From the NCBI GenBank assembly GCA_963663165.1, contig OY760175.1, positions 4,800,001 through 4,864,000 of the forward strand: 64,000 nucleotides of DNA, in the 5' to 3' direction. The position numbers were made by a program, and so were the translations under genes. This stretch comes from an uncultured Desulfospira sp. (GTDB taxonomy: Bacteria > Desulfobacterota > Desulfobacteria > Desulfobacterales > Desulfobacteraceae). Shown piece by piece: positions 54,899-64,000 of this stretch. The notes beneath the pieces are model-generated. The model saw only the letters and a program-made list of their open reading frames with translations. It did no database searches and was not told the origin of the DNA. The stretch's first letter is position 1, and every line of letters begins with the position of its first letter.

Positions 54899-55636
54899 AT
54901 GACAAAGAAAATAATTCAAGCCATCTCGGTTTTATTGGCACTGGCCGGGCTGATGGCAGGTACGGCGGCCAGTGCGTTTGCCGATTCTTCCCAGTGGGAT
55001 ACCACCTGGACATCCAGTTATGCCTACCTTGATGATGATGTCATGGACAACCTGTATTCGACACTTGCCGGAGAGACCGGATATACGGCGGATCAGGTTG
55101 AATCCGGTTTGGCGTCCATGCTTTATACGGCGTTTTCATCCATCACAATACTGGATATTACCAGTATATTGGGTGCACAAAAGGATACGTTGGCCGTAAA
55201 AATTGATGGGGCTGCCACGGTCTCATATACCTATGAAGACACAGTGACAGTCTCCTGGGGTGAATATTCTTTTGATTGGTATTGCTTTACCGCTGCCGAC
55301 GCAGGAGATTATGAATATATCATCGTTACCGCCGTACATCAGGATGGTGAGGACGGCATGCTGCATTTTCACCTGAGATATGGCTCAACTTCGTTTAATG
55401 ACCTTATTGGCAATGAAGCTTACAATTACTGGTGGCCCACATTCGTGCGCAGCAGCCTGACGGCGGAAGATGTTGCAGCAGAGTATGCCGCAGCAGAAAG
55501 CGTAGCAGAGTTTGCCGCCATGATTCCGGCGATTCTCAGCAGCCAGGGAGTAAACCCGGTTCCTGTTCCGGGAGCGATCTGGCTTTTTGGCTCCGGCCTT
55601 ATTGCCCTTGCCGGGATCAGGCGCAGGGGCTGCTGA
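54899..55636 (+). CDS. PEP-CTERM-like protein with ZinT-like metal-binding domain
   Basis: Signal peptide; W-x-S-x-x-x-YL, HFHLRYG and WPT motifs resemble ZinT/AdcA-C; C-terminal VPVPGAIWLFGSGLIALAGIRRR. Confidence 0.75.
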   Translation: MTKKIIQAISVLLALAGLMAGTAASAFADSSQWDTTWTSSYAYLDDDVMDNLYSTLAGETGYTADQVESGLASMLYTAFSSITILDITSILGAQKDTLAVKIDGAATVSYTYEDTVTVSWGEYSFDWYCFTAADAGDYEYIIVTAVHQDGEDGMLHFHLRYGSTSFNDLIGNEAYNYWWPTFVRSSLTAEDVAAEYAAAESVAEFAAMIPAILSSQGVNPVPVPGAIWLFGSGLIALAGIRRRGC

Positions 55637-55689
55637 ACACCTGTTAAAAAGCACAACCCGTACATTTTTCTAAAAAAAGGGGAAAAACC

Positions 55690-55730
55690 ACAAAGCACCC
55701 TTCCTGTTAAAATCAAGAAGGGTGCTTTGT
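55690..55730. terminator. Bidirectional intrinsic terminator
   Basis: ACAAAGCACCCTTC-N13-GAAGGGTGCTTTGT between convergent genes. Confidence 0.7.
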
Positions 55731-55736
55731 TATGCT

Positions 55737-56255
55737 TTAGACCGTATAGACAAAGTCTTCTTTTCTCGGTTTTGCTTCAGGAACAGTGCCGTCAATGTAT
55801 CCCAAAATGCAATGGCCGATGCCCTCGTAATCCCCTTCAATGCCCCACTCTTTTAACAGGGCCTTGCCTTCGGGGCTTTCAAACTCTTCTTTGGCCCGAT
55901 GAATCCAGCAGCTTCCAAGGCCAAGGTCGTGGGCAGCCAGCAGTAAATTGGCCATGACCATGCACCCGTCGTACTGGAAGGTATGCTTGGATTTGTCGGC
56001 CAGAACAATGATAACCACCGGTGCTCCGTAAAATGGATCAATATTGTTTCCCATGATTTTTGCGTTGAGCCCGGATAATTTGTCCCTGACGGCTTTGTCC
56101 TTGACCACCACCATGATGGCGGATTGCATGCCCTTGCCGTTGGGCGCAAACGTGCCGGCTTTGGTGATTTCGTTTAGCAGTTCGTCAGGAACCATTTGGG
56201 GCTGATATTTGCGGATGGATCTGCGGGATAACATTTTTTCGATGGCTGTGCTCAT
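55737..56255 (-). CDS. Nitroreductase family protein
   Basis: RRSIRKY, AP-x-G-x-G-x-Q, PFYGAP and LGLGSCWI. AAGGAG SD before ATG 56255. Confidence 0.9.
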   Translation of the reverse strand: MSTAIEKMLSRRSIRKYQPQMVPDELLNEITKAGTFAPNGKGMQSAIMVVVKDKAVRDKLSGLNAKIMGNNIDPFYGAPVVIIVLADKSKHTFQYDGCMVMANLLLAAHDLGLGSCWIHRAKEEFESPEGKALLKEWGIEGDYEGIGHCILGYIDGTVPEAKPRKEDFVYTV

Positions 56256-56323
56256 ACTATTTTCTCCTTTCATTATTTCAAAGGGTAACAGGCTTGATGC
56301 CTGAATGAAGTTCTCTATTTGGT

Positions 56324-56560
56324 TCAGGCGTCTTTCTTTGCCGCCTGTTCAAGATCGCTCAGAAAGGCCAAAAGATCAAGTCCGTATTTTGCAGCGGCCG
56401 ATTCAATGGGTTCAAACAGGGCATTGCAGCAGATGCACTCCCCGGCTTTTTGGTCCCATTGTTTGAACACGGCTTCAGTGGACCTGAAATTGGAAACAAT
56501 ATCCAGAACGGTCATGTCCGGCCGGATCAGGGCCGGGTCAGGGATTTGGGGGGCGGTCAT
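56324..56560 (-). CDS. Small Cys-containing protein (DUF1858-like)
   Basis: I-x-PDMTVLDIV..TEAVF and CICC. Last gene of the yedE operon. Confidence 0.6.
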   Translation of the reverse strand: MTAPQIPDPALIRPDMTVLDIVSNFRSTEAVFKQWDQKAGECICCNALFEPIESAAAKYGLDLLAFLSDLEQAAKKDA

Positions 56561-56561
56561 T

Positions 56562-57428
56562 TTAAATGTTTCCTTCCAGTATCCGGGTCAGTGCACCCGG
56601 AATCTGCCGGATAATGTCAACCACCTGGGATGCCGGTGTCGGGGATGCGGCCACCCCTGCCACGCGGTTGACCAGGGCCGCGATCTGAGCGGATTCGGGA
56701 ATAGGCCGGCCGCTTTCCACCAGGGCCGAGACCAGTCCGGTAAGGGTGTCCCCGGTGCCGCCCATGGCTTCCATGGCTTCGGCCGCCGGCTGGTCCACCT
56801 GGGTCAGGATTTCCCCCCGGCAGACCACATAATCGGTATGACCCTTAACCAAGAGATGCTTTGCCGCATTGTCATGGCTGTAGGCCCGGGCAATGAGATC
56901 GGGAACCTGGTTGTCCTGGTGGAGGATAAAGCCCCGGGTGTAAAAGGGGTGGGGCGCGGTTTCATCGGCAAGAAAGGACAGTTCCCCCACATCCGGGGTG
57001 AACAGATCATAAGAAAGGGCCTGGCCGCTCATCTTGGCCGCATACATGAACCCGGCATCGGCAATCAGGGTTGGCCGCCGGGCCATGGCGTCCATGGCAA
57101 ACAATACTTTGTTGTGCCAGTCCACGTCGGGCTGAAGATAATGGAATACCAGGGTGGATAAACCGGTTTCAGGCAGCATCCGGGTCAACTCCCGGTAGAG
57201 CTCCCGGCTGCCCTTGCCCCTTCCGATATCCCCTGCCAGTATTCCCAGGGGAGGGTCAAGGCCCAACACCTGGCCGGCCCGGATGACCGCCCCGGCCAGG
57301 GCAGGGGTGCCCCGGTTTACAGGGACTTCAAGGCCGTTGATAATAAGGGTGTCATCCCCTTTCAGGGACATCTGCCCCCGGACCAGGGCAAAAGATTCAT
57401 CAGGCACTGTTCCGGCTATGGCAAGCAC
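56562..57428 (-). CDS. Ribokinase-fold / NAD(P)H-hydrate-dehydratase-like kinase of unknown substrate
   Basis: IADAG, LFTP-x-x-GE, LVKG-x-x-D and GGTGDTLTG motifs. Confidence 0.75.
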   Translation of the reverse strand: MLAIAGTVPDESFALVRGQMSLKGDDTLIINGLEVPVNRGTPALAGAVIRAGQVLGLDPPLGILAGDIGRGKGSRELYRELTRMLPETGLSTLVFHYLQPDVDWHNKVLFAMDAMARRPTLIADAGFMYAAKMSGQALSYDLFTPDVGELSFLADETAPHPFYTRGFILHQDNQVPDLIARAYSHDNAAKHLLVKGHTDYVVCRGEILTQVDQPAAEAMEAMGGTGDTLTGLVSALVESGRPIPESAQIAALVNRVAGVAASPTPASQVVDIIRQIPGALTRILEGNI

Positions 57429-57961
57429 TGGCGGATCATCTCCTCATGGGCAAGTTCAAGGGCATATCCGCAAAGGGTATGGCCGATTTTTCCCGGTCTT
57501 GGGGCGCTGTCCAGGGGCTTTCCCACCATTTCCCGGGCCAGGTACGGCACATCCGGGCAGCCGCCGCCGGATATGTTGACAATGGTCTTGGTTTGTTTGT
57601 GGATGGTCAGTTTCATGTTGGCGGCCCGGATCATCAGATAATCCCCGAAATCTTTGGTGTGGAACAGGTCAACGGGTTTCAGCAGGGGGTCAGTCACCGG
57701 GACCATTTCCAGGGGCGGAATACCGGCCTCGGTCAGTACCCTCATCAGGGACAGGTTTTCAATGAGCGGGAACTGGATGACCAGATCACACCCGCTTTGA
57801 ATTCCCGGGGGCGGTCCCATCACCTTGACGGTCCACCCCCGGGATTTTAATACATTTTCCGCCTGGATCACTTCGCTGGTATTCTCAAATACGAGAATAC
57901 CCAGGTCTTCGTCCAGGGGTTGCGCTTTGGGAACCTTTTTCGGTTTGAAAAAGTTGAACAC
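57416..57961 (-). CDS. DUF3343-domain protein
   Basis: LVFENTSEVIQAE..P-x-x-I-x-SGC motif; C-terminal GGGCPD and TLC. Confidence 0.7.
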   Translation of the reverse strand: MFNFFKPKKVPKAQPLDEDLGILVFENTSEVIQAENVLKSRGWTVKVMGPPPGIQSGCDLVIQFPLIENLSLMRVLTEAGIPPLEMVPVTDPLLKPVDLFHTKDFGDYLMIRAANMKLTIHKQTKTIVNISGGGCPDVPYLAREMVGKPLDSAPRPGKIGHTLCGYALELAHEEMIRQCLP

Positions 57962-57968
57962 CGGGATA

Positions 57969-58187
57969 TCAGCCTTTTACAATGGTAATTCTGGTGTCAG
58001 GCCCTTCCTCCTGAACATCCTTTACCTGGCATCCTTTATTTTCAGCGGCCCGGGCAACGTTTTCCCTGGAGGCCTCATTGTCTACCAGCACCTGGATTTC
58101 ATTGTCTGTCCCGGATGATATGGCATCCAGGGTCATCAATACCGGCTGGGGGCAGGACAGCCCCCTTGCATCAACTATTTTACTCAT
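57969..58187 (-). CDS. yedF: TusA/SirA family sulfur/selenium carrier
   Basis: VDARGLSCPQP and VLVDN motifs, directly downstream of yedE. Confidence 0.85.
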   Translation of the reverse strand: MSKIVDARGLSCPQPVLMTLDAISSGTDNEIQVLVDNEASRENVARAAENKGCQVKDVQEEGPDTRITIVKG

Positions 58188-58278
58188 GGGTTATTTCCTT
58201 CCAACTGAAATTTTTTAACTTGGGACATCAGACTCGGCCTTTTTGCAGCCTTTTTTCTAAAGTCTAATGTCTATCATA

Positions 58279-59367
58279 TTAAGCCGCTTTCTTCCTCATG
58301 GCAAACCCGATAAAAAGGCAGACGGCAAAGCCGACGATCACAGCGGCAATGCCGTGGGGGCCGACACCCTTGGGAGAGCTTGCCAGGCCGAAGTTATGGG
58401 CAAAGCCGGCACCGACAATCATGCCAAGGACAAATACGGCGGCATCGGAATCCCCTTCGCCTGACAGAAACAGCTGGCGGCCGGGGCATCCGCCGGCCAG
58501 GGCAAAGGCAAGCCCGGCCAGGGCCATGCCAAGGAAGTTCCACAGATGAACCGTGTGGGCCACGGGCTGGCCGGTCAATCCCGGATTAAACTGTCCTAAG
58601 ATTACATTGGCCCCAAGGGCGCAGATCAGAAGGGCCACAACACCTGACAGCAGGTGGATCTGGCCGAACAGGATCAGGTCCCGCAAGGCCCCCATGGTGC
58701 AGAACCGGCTGCGCTGGGCTATAAATCCGATAAACAGCCCCACCACAAGAGAAATAATCAGCGGGGCGTGCATAAACCCGGGCCCCTTAAGGCTGTAAAA
58801 GAGAATTCCGCTTTTATCCTGGCCTTCAACCTGGGGAAAGATCAGCATCAGGACCAGAAACCCCAGCATGATGATGGGGAACAGCCATCCGGCCCCGGCA
58901 TGGGTGGCCTGGGTCCGGCCCAGGTTATACCCGTTTTTCAAAAACATGATCCCGATCCAGATCCCGGCAGCCAGACCCAAAAGTCCTGTAACGGCATTGA
59001 GGTCACCACCGGCAAGACGAAGCAGGGCCCGCCAGGGGCAGCCCAGGAAAACCAGGGCGCCGATCATGGCAAATACCCCTAAAACAAACCGGACCAGGGG
59101 GGCAGAGCCGCACCGGGGCTTAAATTCTTTAAACGCATAGGCCGCCCCGAATGAGCCTAGAACAAACCCGATGATTTCCGGTCTCATATACTGGACCACC
59201 CCTGCCCGGTGAAACCCCAACGCCCCGGCAATGTCCCTTTCAAAGCAGGCCACGCAGATCCCCATGTTCCCGGGATTACCCAATTTTTGTAGTACAGCTG
59301 CAAGGATACCGATAACAGCGCCGACACAAATAATTCCCCAACGGGTGGAAAAAAAGTTTTTCGCCAT
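58279..59367 (-). CDS. yedE: YedE family putative selenium/sulfur transporter
   Basis: GNPGNMGICVACF-x-RD, LGCP, RFC and GGCP conserved Cys motifs. Confidence 0.9.
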   Translation of the reverse strand: MAKNFFSTRWGIICVGAVIGILAAVLQKLGNPGNMGICVACFERDIAGALGFHRAGVVQYMRPEIIGFVLGSFGAAYAFKEFKPRCGSAPLVRFVLGVFAMIGALVFLGCPWRALLRLAGGDLNAVTGLLGLAAGIWIGIMFLKNGYNLGRTQATHAGAGWLFPIIMLGFLVLMLIFPQVEGQDKSGILFYSLKGPGFMHAPLIISLVVGLFIGFIAQRSRFCTMGALRDLILFGQIHLLSGVVALLICALGANVILGQFNPGLTGQPVAHTVHLWNFLGMALAGLAFALAGGCPGRQLFLSGEGDSDAAVFVLGMIVGAGFAHNFGLASSPKGVGPHGIAAVIVGFAVCLFIGFAMRKKAA

Positions 59368-59695
59368 AAAATTTCAACCTCCTTGATTTTGAATAAAGCT
59401 GTTGGCTGACAATCAGCAGCTTCAAATAGTTTTGTTGGGCAGGCCTAATGCAAACCCGTCCAGCCGGCCCGTGATTGTGATATAAAGTTAAAGGCGATTA
59501 TTGGATATCGCCTAAAGCAAATTTCCCTCAACCTGTCTTAATGTCACGCATGTTTTTTGAAATCCAATTGATAATTAAAATATCGATCCAAAACGGCATT
59601 TAAAATTTCCATAAACTATTTTGTCCCTTGAAAACCCAGCCCCTTAAGACCATAATCAAAAAAACTCATAACCATTTTCCCCCAGGAGAAACCCA

Positions 59696-60760
59696 ATGGA
59701 AAAAGACAAACCGCAAAATGACGCGCCTGTAAAACTGACCCATAATGTCAAGGGTGCGGGTTGAGCTTCTAAACTGCCGCCGGGGGACCTGGCAAGGGCA
59801 TTGTGCGGGCTTGAAATCCCCACGAACGATAAGGTGATCATCGGCTTGAAAACCGCGGACGACGCAGGGGTTTATAAGGTTTCAGAGGATCTGGCACTGA
59901 TCCAGACCGTAGATTTTTTTACCCCAATTGTGGATGATCCCTTTGAATTCGGGCAGATTGCTGCGGCCAATGCCCTGTCTGACGTGTATGCCATGGGCGG
60001 CGTCCCCAAAACCGCCATGAACCTGGTGGCGTATCCCTTAAAAAAAATGGGGGGAGCGGTTTTAAGGGAAATCCTGTCCGGGGGGATCGAAAAGCTCAAA
60101 GAGGCCCAAACCGTTCTGGTGGGCGGCCACAGCATCGAAGATGATGAACTCAAATACGGCCTGTCGGTCACGGGATTCGTCCATCCCCAAAAGATACTGG
60201 CCAATCAGGGGCTTCGGCCCGGAGACTGTTTGATTCTGACCAAGCCCCTTGGCACGGGCATTCTCAACACGGCCATCAAAGGGGGACTGGCTTCTGAACG
60301 GGCTGCCCGGACCGCCGTGGCCCTTATGGCCATGTTAAATAAAGGTGCGGCCGAAGTGATGCTGGACTTTCCGGTTTCAGCCTGCACCGACGTTACCGGA
60401 TTCGGTCTTCTGGGCCATCTGGCTGAAATGGTTGACGGCACCGGCCTTGAAGTCACCGTGGACAGCAGTCTGGTCCCTGTGCTGGAGGATGTAGTAGGCT
60501 TTGCCTCCATGGGCCTGGTTCCGGCAGGCGCCCACAACAACCGGCTGTTCAGGGAGCATATGGTTGCCCTGGACCCTGCTGTCAGTCCCGTGACAAGGGA
60601 TATTTTATTTGATCCCCAGACCTCAGGGGGCCTTTTGATCGGTTGTCCGGAAGACCAGATCATGGCGCTTAAAACACGGCTGGTTAACAAGGGGATTGAA
60701 TATGCCACCGTCATCGGTCAGGTAGAAAAGGCGGATTTTTCTGGAATACGGGTGGTGTAG
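59696..60760 (+). CDS. selD: Selenide, water dikinase (selenophosphate synthetase), selenoprotein with Sec at UGA 59762-59764
   Basis: AGGAG SD and ATG 59696 are in frame with the ORF at 59801. Reads KGAG-U-ASKL; DDAGV, QTVDFF, TDVTGFGL and DPQTSGGLL motifs. Confidence 0.93.
59774..59795 (+). promoter_or_regulatory. Bacterial SECIS-like hairpin
   Basis: CTGCCG-CCGGG-GGA-CCTGG-CAA can fold into a G-rich apical-loop stem ~10 nt after the UGA. Confidence 0.6.
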
Positions 60761-60763
60761 CCT

Positions 60764-60850
60764 GGAAACCGGAAGACCGGAAACGGAAGACCGGATCGTG
60801 CATCCTTAGGCGTTTTCATTTCGGTCTGCGGCCTCCTTTTCTCCGGGTTT
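60764..60850. repeat. Inverted GGAAACC/GGAAGACC repeat
   Basis: GGAAACCGGAAGACCGGAAACGGAAGACCGG with a degenerate complementary arm; same family as 4815-5076. Confidence 0.55.
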
Positions 60851-61200
60851 TCCTTCATTTTATTACTCTCCCTTTTAATTAACCCTAAAATTTAAATTGC
60901 CTTGCCGGGGACTGAAGCCTCATTCAGACTGTTTAAGGCATAAACAGTTTGTATACGGTTGTCTTGATCCTATATGGGGGTTCCATTTTTCCCATTGGGT
61001 TTCAGGTCAATTGTGAGTTTTTTTTGTGGATTCTGGTTAATTCCTTGACAATGTGGAAGTTTTTATCATAATTTTAGCGAAATTATAGTACCTAATAAGG
61101 CAGTGTGCTATAAAAAGGAAAGAACTGGATAGAAAAAAAATAAATTTTTTTACCATGGGTGGATAGCACCTAAACACAAGTGAGCAATTTTGAGGACACC

Positions 61201-62199
61201 ATGAAAATACTTAATCTGTTGACCATTGCCGCCATACTGGCCTGGGGTTTATCCGGCGCGGTATGTTTTGCGGACGCCACCATAACCATTGGAACCGGAG
61301 AGGAAATCGGCGTTTACTATCAGGTGGGCAAGGCCATCTCTGAGACCGTTAATTCCCTTCCTGACTCGTATATCCGCAGTCAGGTCAAAACCACTACCGG
61401 CTCAGTTTACAACATCAAATCCGTAATGGGCGGATTTGCCGACCTGGCCATCGCCCAGTCAGACCGGCAATATCAGGCCTGCAAAGGACTGGCAGAATGG
61501 AAATCCCTTGGGCCGCAAAAAAAACTGCGTTCTATTTTTTCCCTCCATTCTGAGGCCATCACCCTGGTGGCTGCTGATCAAAGCGGAATCCAGTCAATAG
61601 ACGGCCTGACAGGAAAAGTGATTAACATCGGCAAATCAGGTTCCGGGCAGATTAAAAATTCCAATGAAGTCCTGCAGGCCTTCGGCATCCCGGCCAACAG
61701 CATAACCATTAAGAATTCAAACTCAAAAAGATACCAGCAAATGATGGAAGCCCATGATATTGACGCCTTTTTCTATACCATCGGGCATCCGAGCAGCTTA
61801 ATTGATCAGATATCAAAGAAGTGCAAGGTTTCCATCATCCCTTTAACCGGCCCGGCCGCAGATACCCTGATCAGCCAGTACCCTTACTATGCCAAAACCC
61901 TTATTCCCAAAAAGCTGTACCCCCATATTCTGAATCAGGGCGATATTGAAACCGTTGGGGTGAAAGCGACCCTGGTGACCTCTACAGCGCTGACCGAAGC
62001 CACGGTGTATACCATTACCAAGGCCATTTTTACCAACCTGAACAAATTCAGGAAACACCATGCAGCGCTTTACCGTCTAACCCCTGAATCCATGTTAAAA
62101 GGGCTGTCGGCTCCGATTCATCCCGGGGCGTTAAAGTATTACCGTGAAGCGGGCCTTGATAACCTTGTTGACCCGAGTCTGATCGGAAACGATATTTAA
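61201..62199 (+). CDS. TAXI family TRAP solute-binding subunit
   Basis: IGTG..GVYY-x-x-G, T-x-GSV-x-NI, AQSD and PIHPGA-x-KYY-x-E; signal peptide. Confidence 0.9.
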   Translation: MKILNLLTIAAILAWGLSGAVCFADATITIGTGEEIGVYYQVGKAISETVNSLPDSYIRSQVKTTTGSVYNIKSVMGGFADLAIAQSDRQYQACKGLAEWKSLGPQKKLRSIFSLHSEAITLVAADQSGIQSIDGLTGKVINIGKSGSGQIKNSNEVLQAFGIPANSITIKNSNSKRYQQMMEAHDIDAFFYTIGHPSSLIDQISKKCKVSIIPLTGPAADTLISQYPYYAKTLIPKKLYPHILNQGDIETVGVKATLVTSTALTEATVYTITKAIFTNLNKFRKHHAALYRLTPESMLKGLSAPIHPGALKYYREAGLDNLVDPSLIGNDI

Positions 62200-62291
62200 T
62201 CCTGTTCCTGTTCTTGTTGCGCCGACACCTGCTTGCTCCTCCTGCTTTTGCGCGCTTATTCCTGCTCCTGGGCTCACTGTTGAACCTGCGC

Positions 62292-63071
62292 TTACTTTTG
62301 ATCCTGATTCTGCGCCTGATGCCAGTTGACCACATCCTGATAAGGGATGTTTCCCCCGAAGATGTCCAGGGCAGAACCGATGGTCAGGTCAACCCGGTTC
62401 TGCCCCAGCTTTTTTACCCTGTCAAGGTCTGAGAATTTCCCTGCGCCGCCGGCATAGGTTACCGGAATAGGGGAATGCTGGCCTAAAAGTGTTACCAGAT
62501 CTTCCTGGATCCCCTGCATTTTTCCTTCAACGTCCACCCCGTGAACCAGGAATTCATCGCAGAATCCGGAAAGTTCTTTGATGGTTTCCGGTTCCAGGGC
62601 AACATCGGTAAACTTCTGCCACCGGTCCGTCACAATCCAGAAGCGCCCCTGTTTTTTCCGGCAGCTCAAATCCAGTACCAGGTGCTGTTTACCAACGTGT
62701 TGAACCAGGGTTTCAAGTTTGCCGGCATCCATCGTTCCATCTGAAAACACATAAGAGGTGACAATCACGTGAGAGGCCCCGGCTTCAAGGAACTGGTCTG
62801 CATTTTCCGGCGTGATGCCGCCGCCGGCCTGAAGCCCGCCGGGAAAGGCGTTGAGGGCTGCAAGGGCGGCTTCGGTGTTGCCCGGGCCAAGGCAGATCAC
62901 ATGACCGCCGGAAAGCCTGTCCTTCTGGTACAGCCTTGCAAACCAGTCTGAAGACCGTGCCGATTCATAATTGGTGGTGACGGTCTGGCCCTGGTCTGAA
63001 TCCGCAAGGGTTGAGCCCACCACCTGAACCACTTTGCCGTTGCGAAGGTCAATGCAGGGTCTGAATTTCAT
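62292..63071 (-). CDS. hisA: ProFAR isomerase, eukaryote-type (His6-like)
   Basis: FRPCID-x-x-x-GKV-x-Q-x-VG, VIVTS, LDLSC, HGVDVEG and GSALDIFGG. Confidence 0.9.
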   Translation of the reverse strand: MKFRPCIDLRNGKVVQVVGSTLADSDQGQTVTTNYESARSSDWFARLYQKDRLSGGHVICLGPGNTEAALAALNAFPGGLQAGGGITPENADQFLEAGASHVIVTSYVFSDGTMDAGKLETLVQHVGKQHLVLDLSCRKKQGRFWIVTDRWQKFTDVALEPETIKELSGFCDEFLVHGVDVEGKMQGIQEDLVTLLGQHSPIPVTYAGGAGKFSDLDRVKKLGQNRVDLTIGSALDIFGGNIPYQDVVNWHQAQNQDQK

Positions 63072-63231
63072 ATGTCAAGTTCCTTTATTATCTGTAATCC
63101 TTTTATGGCAAAGGAGAATACGCGAGCTTAAACAAAGGTGCAACGTTAAAGGGGAAATAATTTATCCCCTTGAAACCATGATGCACATGAATTACTTTTA
63201 ACGGTACTTGCGTTGGCATGTAATCATTATA

Positions 63232-63339
63232 GTAACTGTTCAGCAGTGCCCCATCTTCGCTCATTCAGGCCTTCTCACATAGCAAAAGTATGCTACGAAG
63301 TCCTGACTAAACAAATATGAAGCACTGATGAACAGTTAC
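63232..63339. mobile_element. 108 bp palindromic MITE-like element
   Basis: TIR GTAACTGTTCAGCAGTGC / GCACTGATGAACAGTTAC (17 of 18 match), internal stems, and an extra end CTGAATAGTTAC at 63372-63383. Confidence 0.65.
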
Positions 63340-63413
63340 GGACCCTGATTTTGCTTAGTTTTCAGCATTAGCTGAATAGTTACTCATTATATTAATATAC
63401 TGTGGGAGTGACC

Positions 63414-64000
63414 ATGTTTACAGAAACCGTTACCTTTCCGGCAGCCTTTGCCGCAGGCCTGCTCTCTTTTCTTTCTCCCTGTGTCCTGCCCCTGATTCCG
63501 GCATATTTTTCCTTTATCACAGGGCTTTCCCTGGAGGAACTCACGGCCGACAGAAAGGAAATCCGGCAAAAGGTCATTGCGTCCACCCTGGCATATGTGG
63601 CTGGGTTTTCATTTATTTTTATCCTGTTCGGGGCCTCGGCCTCGTTCCTGGGATCTCTGGTGTCCCAATATTCCTGGCTGGTCCGGTATGTGGGCGGCGG
63701 TGTTATTTTAATATTCGGTCTTCATCTTCTGGGCCTTATCAACATCAAGGCCTTTCAGTTTGAAAAACGGGTCCATTTAAAGCAAAAGCCCCTGCACCTG
63801 TTTGGCACCTTTGTTATCGGCATGGCGTTTGGGGCAGGGTGGAGCCCTTGTATCGGCCCTATGCTGGGAAGCATCCTCATTGTGGCCGGAAACCAGGAAA
63901 CCGTTCTTAAGGGGGTCTGGCTTTTAGCGGTCTACTCGGCCGGCATGGCCCTTCCCTTTATCCTGATTTCATTTTTTATTAACTCCATGCTGGGTTTCAT
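63414..64000 (+). CDS. ccdA: Cytochrome c biogenesis protein CcdA (DsbD-beta), 3'-partial
   Basis: Hand translation MFTETVTFPAAFAAGLLSFLSPCVLPLIPAY...GWSPCIGP. Open to the window end; absent from the ORF track. Confidence 0.9.
   Translation, partial: MFTETVTFPAAFAAGLLSFLSPCVLPLIPAYFSFITGLSLEELTADRKEIRQKVIASTLAYVAGFSFIFILFGASASFLGSLVSQYSWLVRYVGGGVILIFGLHLLGLINIKAFQFEKRVHLKQKPLHLFGTFVIGMAFGAGWSPCIGPMLGSILIVAGNQETVLKGVWLLAVYSAGMALPFILISFFINSMLGF

Noticed and set aside
62200..62330. Stop-codon readthrough extension of HisA (Gln-X repeats)
   Set aside because: Several in-frame stops follow; better explained as a degenerate hexamer repeat.
62760..62778. parS site (TCACGTGA core)
   Set aside because: Flanks do not match TGTTTCACGTGAAACA and it lies inside hisA; no parS was spotted near parAB.

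Overview
A 64 kb bacterial chromosomal window. Gene content (IspH-UbiA fusion, FapA/DUF342, sigma54 systems, PEP-CTERM-like proteins, Sec-containing SelD) suggests a sulfate-reducing Desulfobacteraceae-like organism; this is an inference. In order it holds: a TRAP/dehydrogenase catabolic operon; a PhnD-like binding protein plus GGDEF-EAL pair; an ~11.4 kb stand-alone type I PKS/PUFA-synthase-like gene with a divergent sigma54 activator and an acyltransferase; fapA-like, ispH-ubiA, parAB and hrpA genes; a Y1 (HUH) transposase with terminal inverted repeats; a cytoplasmic molybdopterin reductase/Fe-S flavoprotein/TauE cluster with a two-component system; LysR/DUF1127; a C1 peptidase; a selenium cluster (selD with in-frame UGA, yedE, yedF); TAXI; hisA; and a partial ccdA. 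Three PEP-CTERM-like genes are scattered through the window. The strongest novelty candidates are three. First, the PKS has three ACPs that all carry Thr instead of the phosphopantetheine Ser, in an unusual ER-ER-KS-KS0-AT-KS-ACP3-KR-DH layout. Second, the Y1-transposase element has its element/host junctions re-copied into stepwise-shrinking arrays. Third, a covarying ~90 nt structured repeat is present 4-5 times. No rRNA, tRNA or CRISPR array was seen. All family assignments come from motif recognition by eye; no database search was run.
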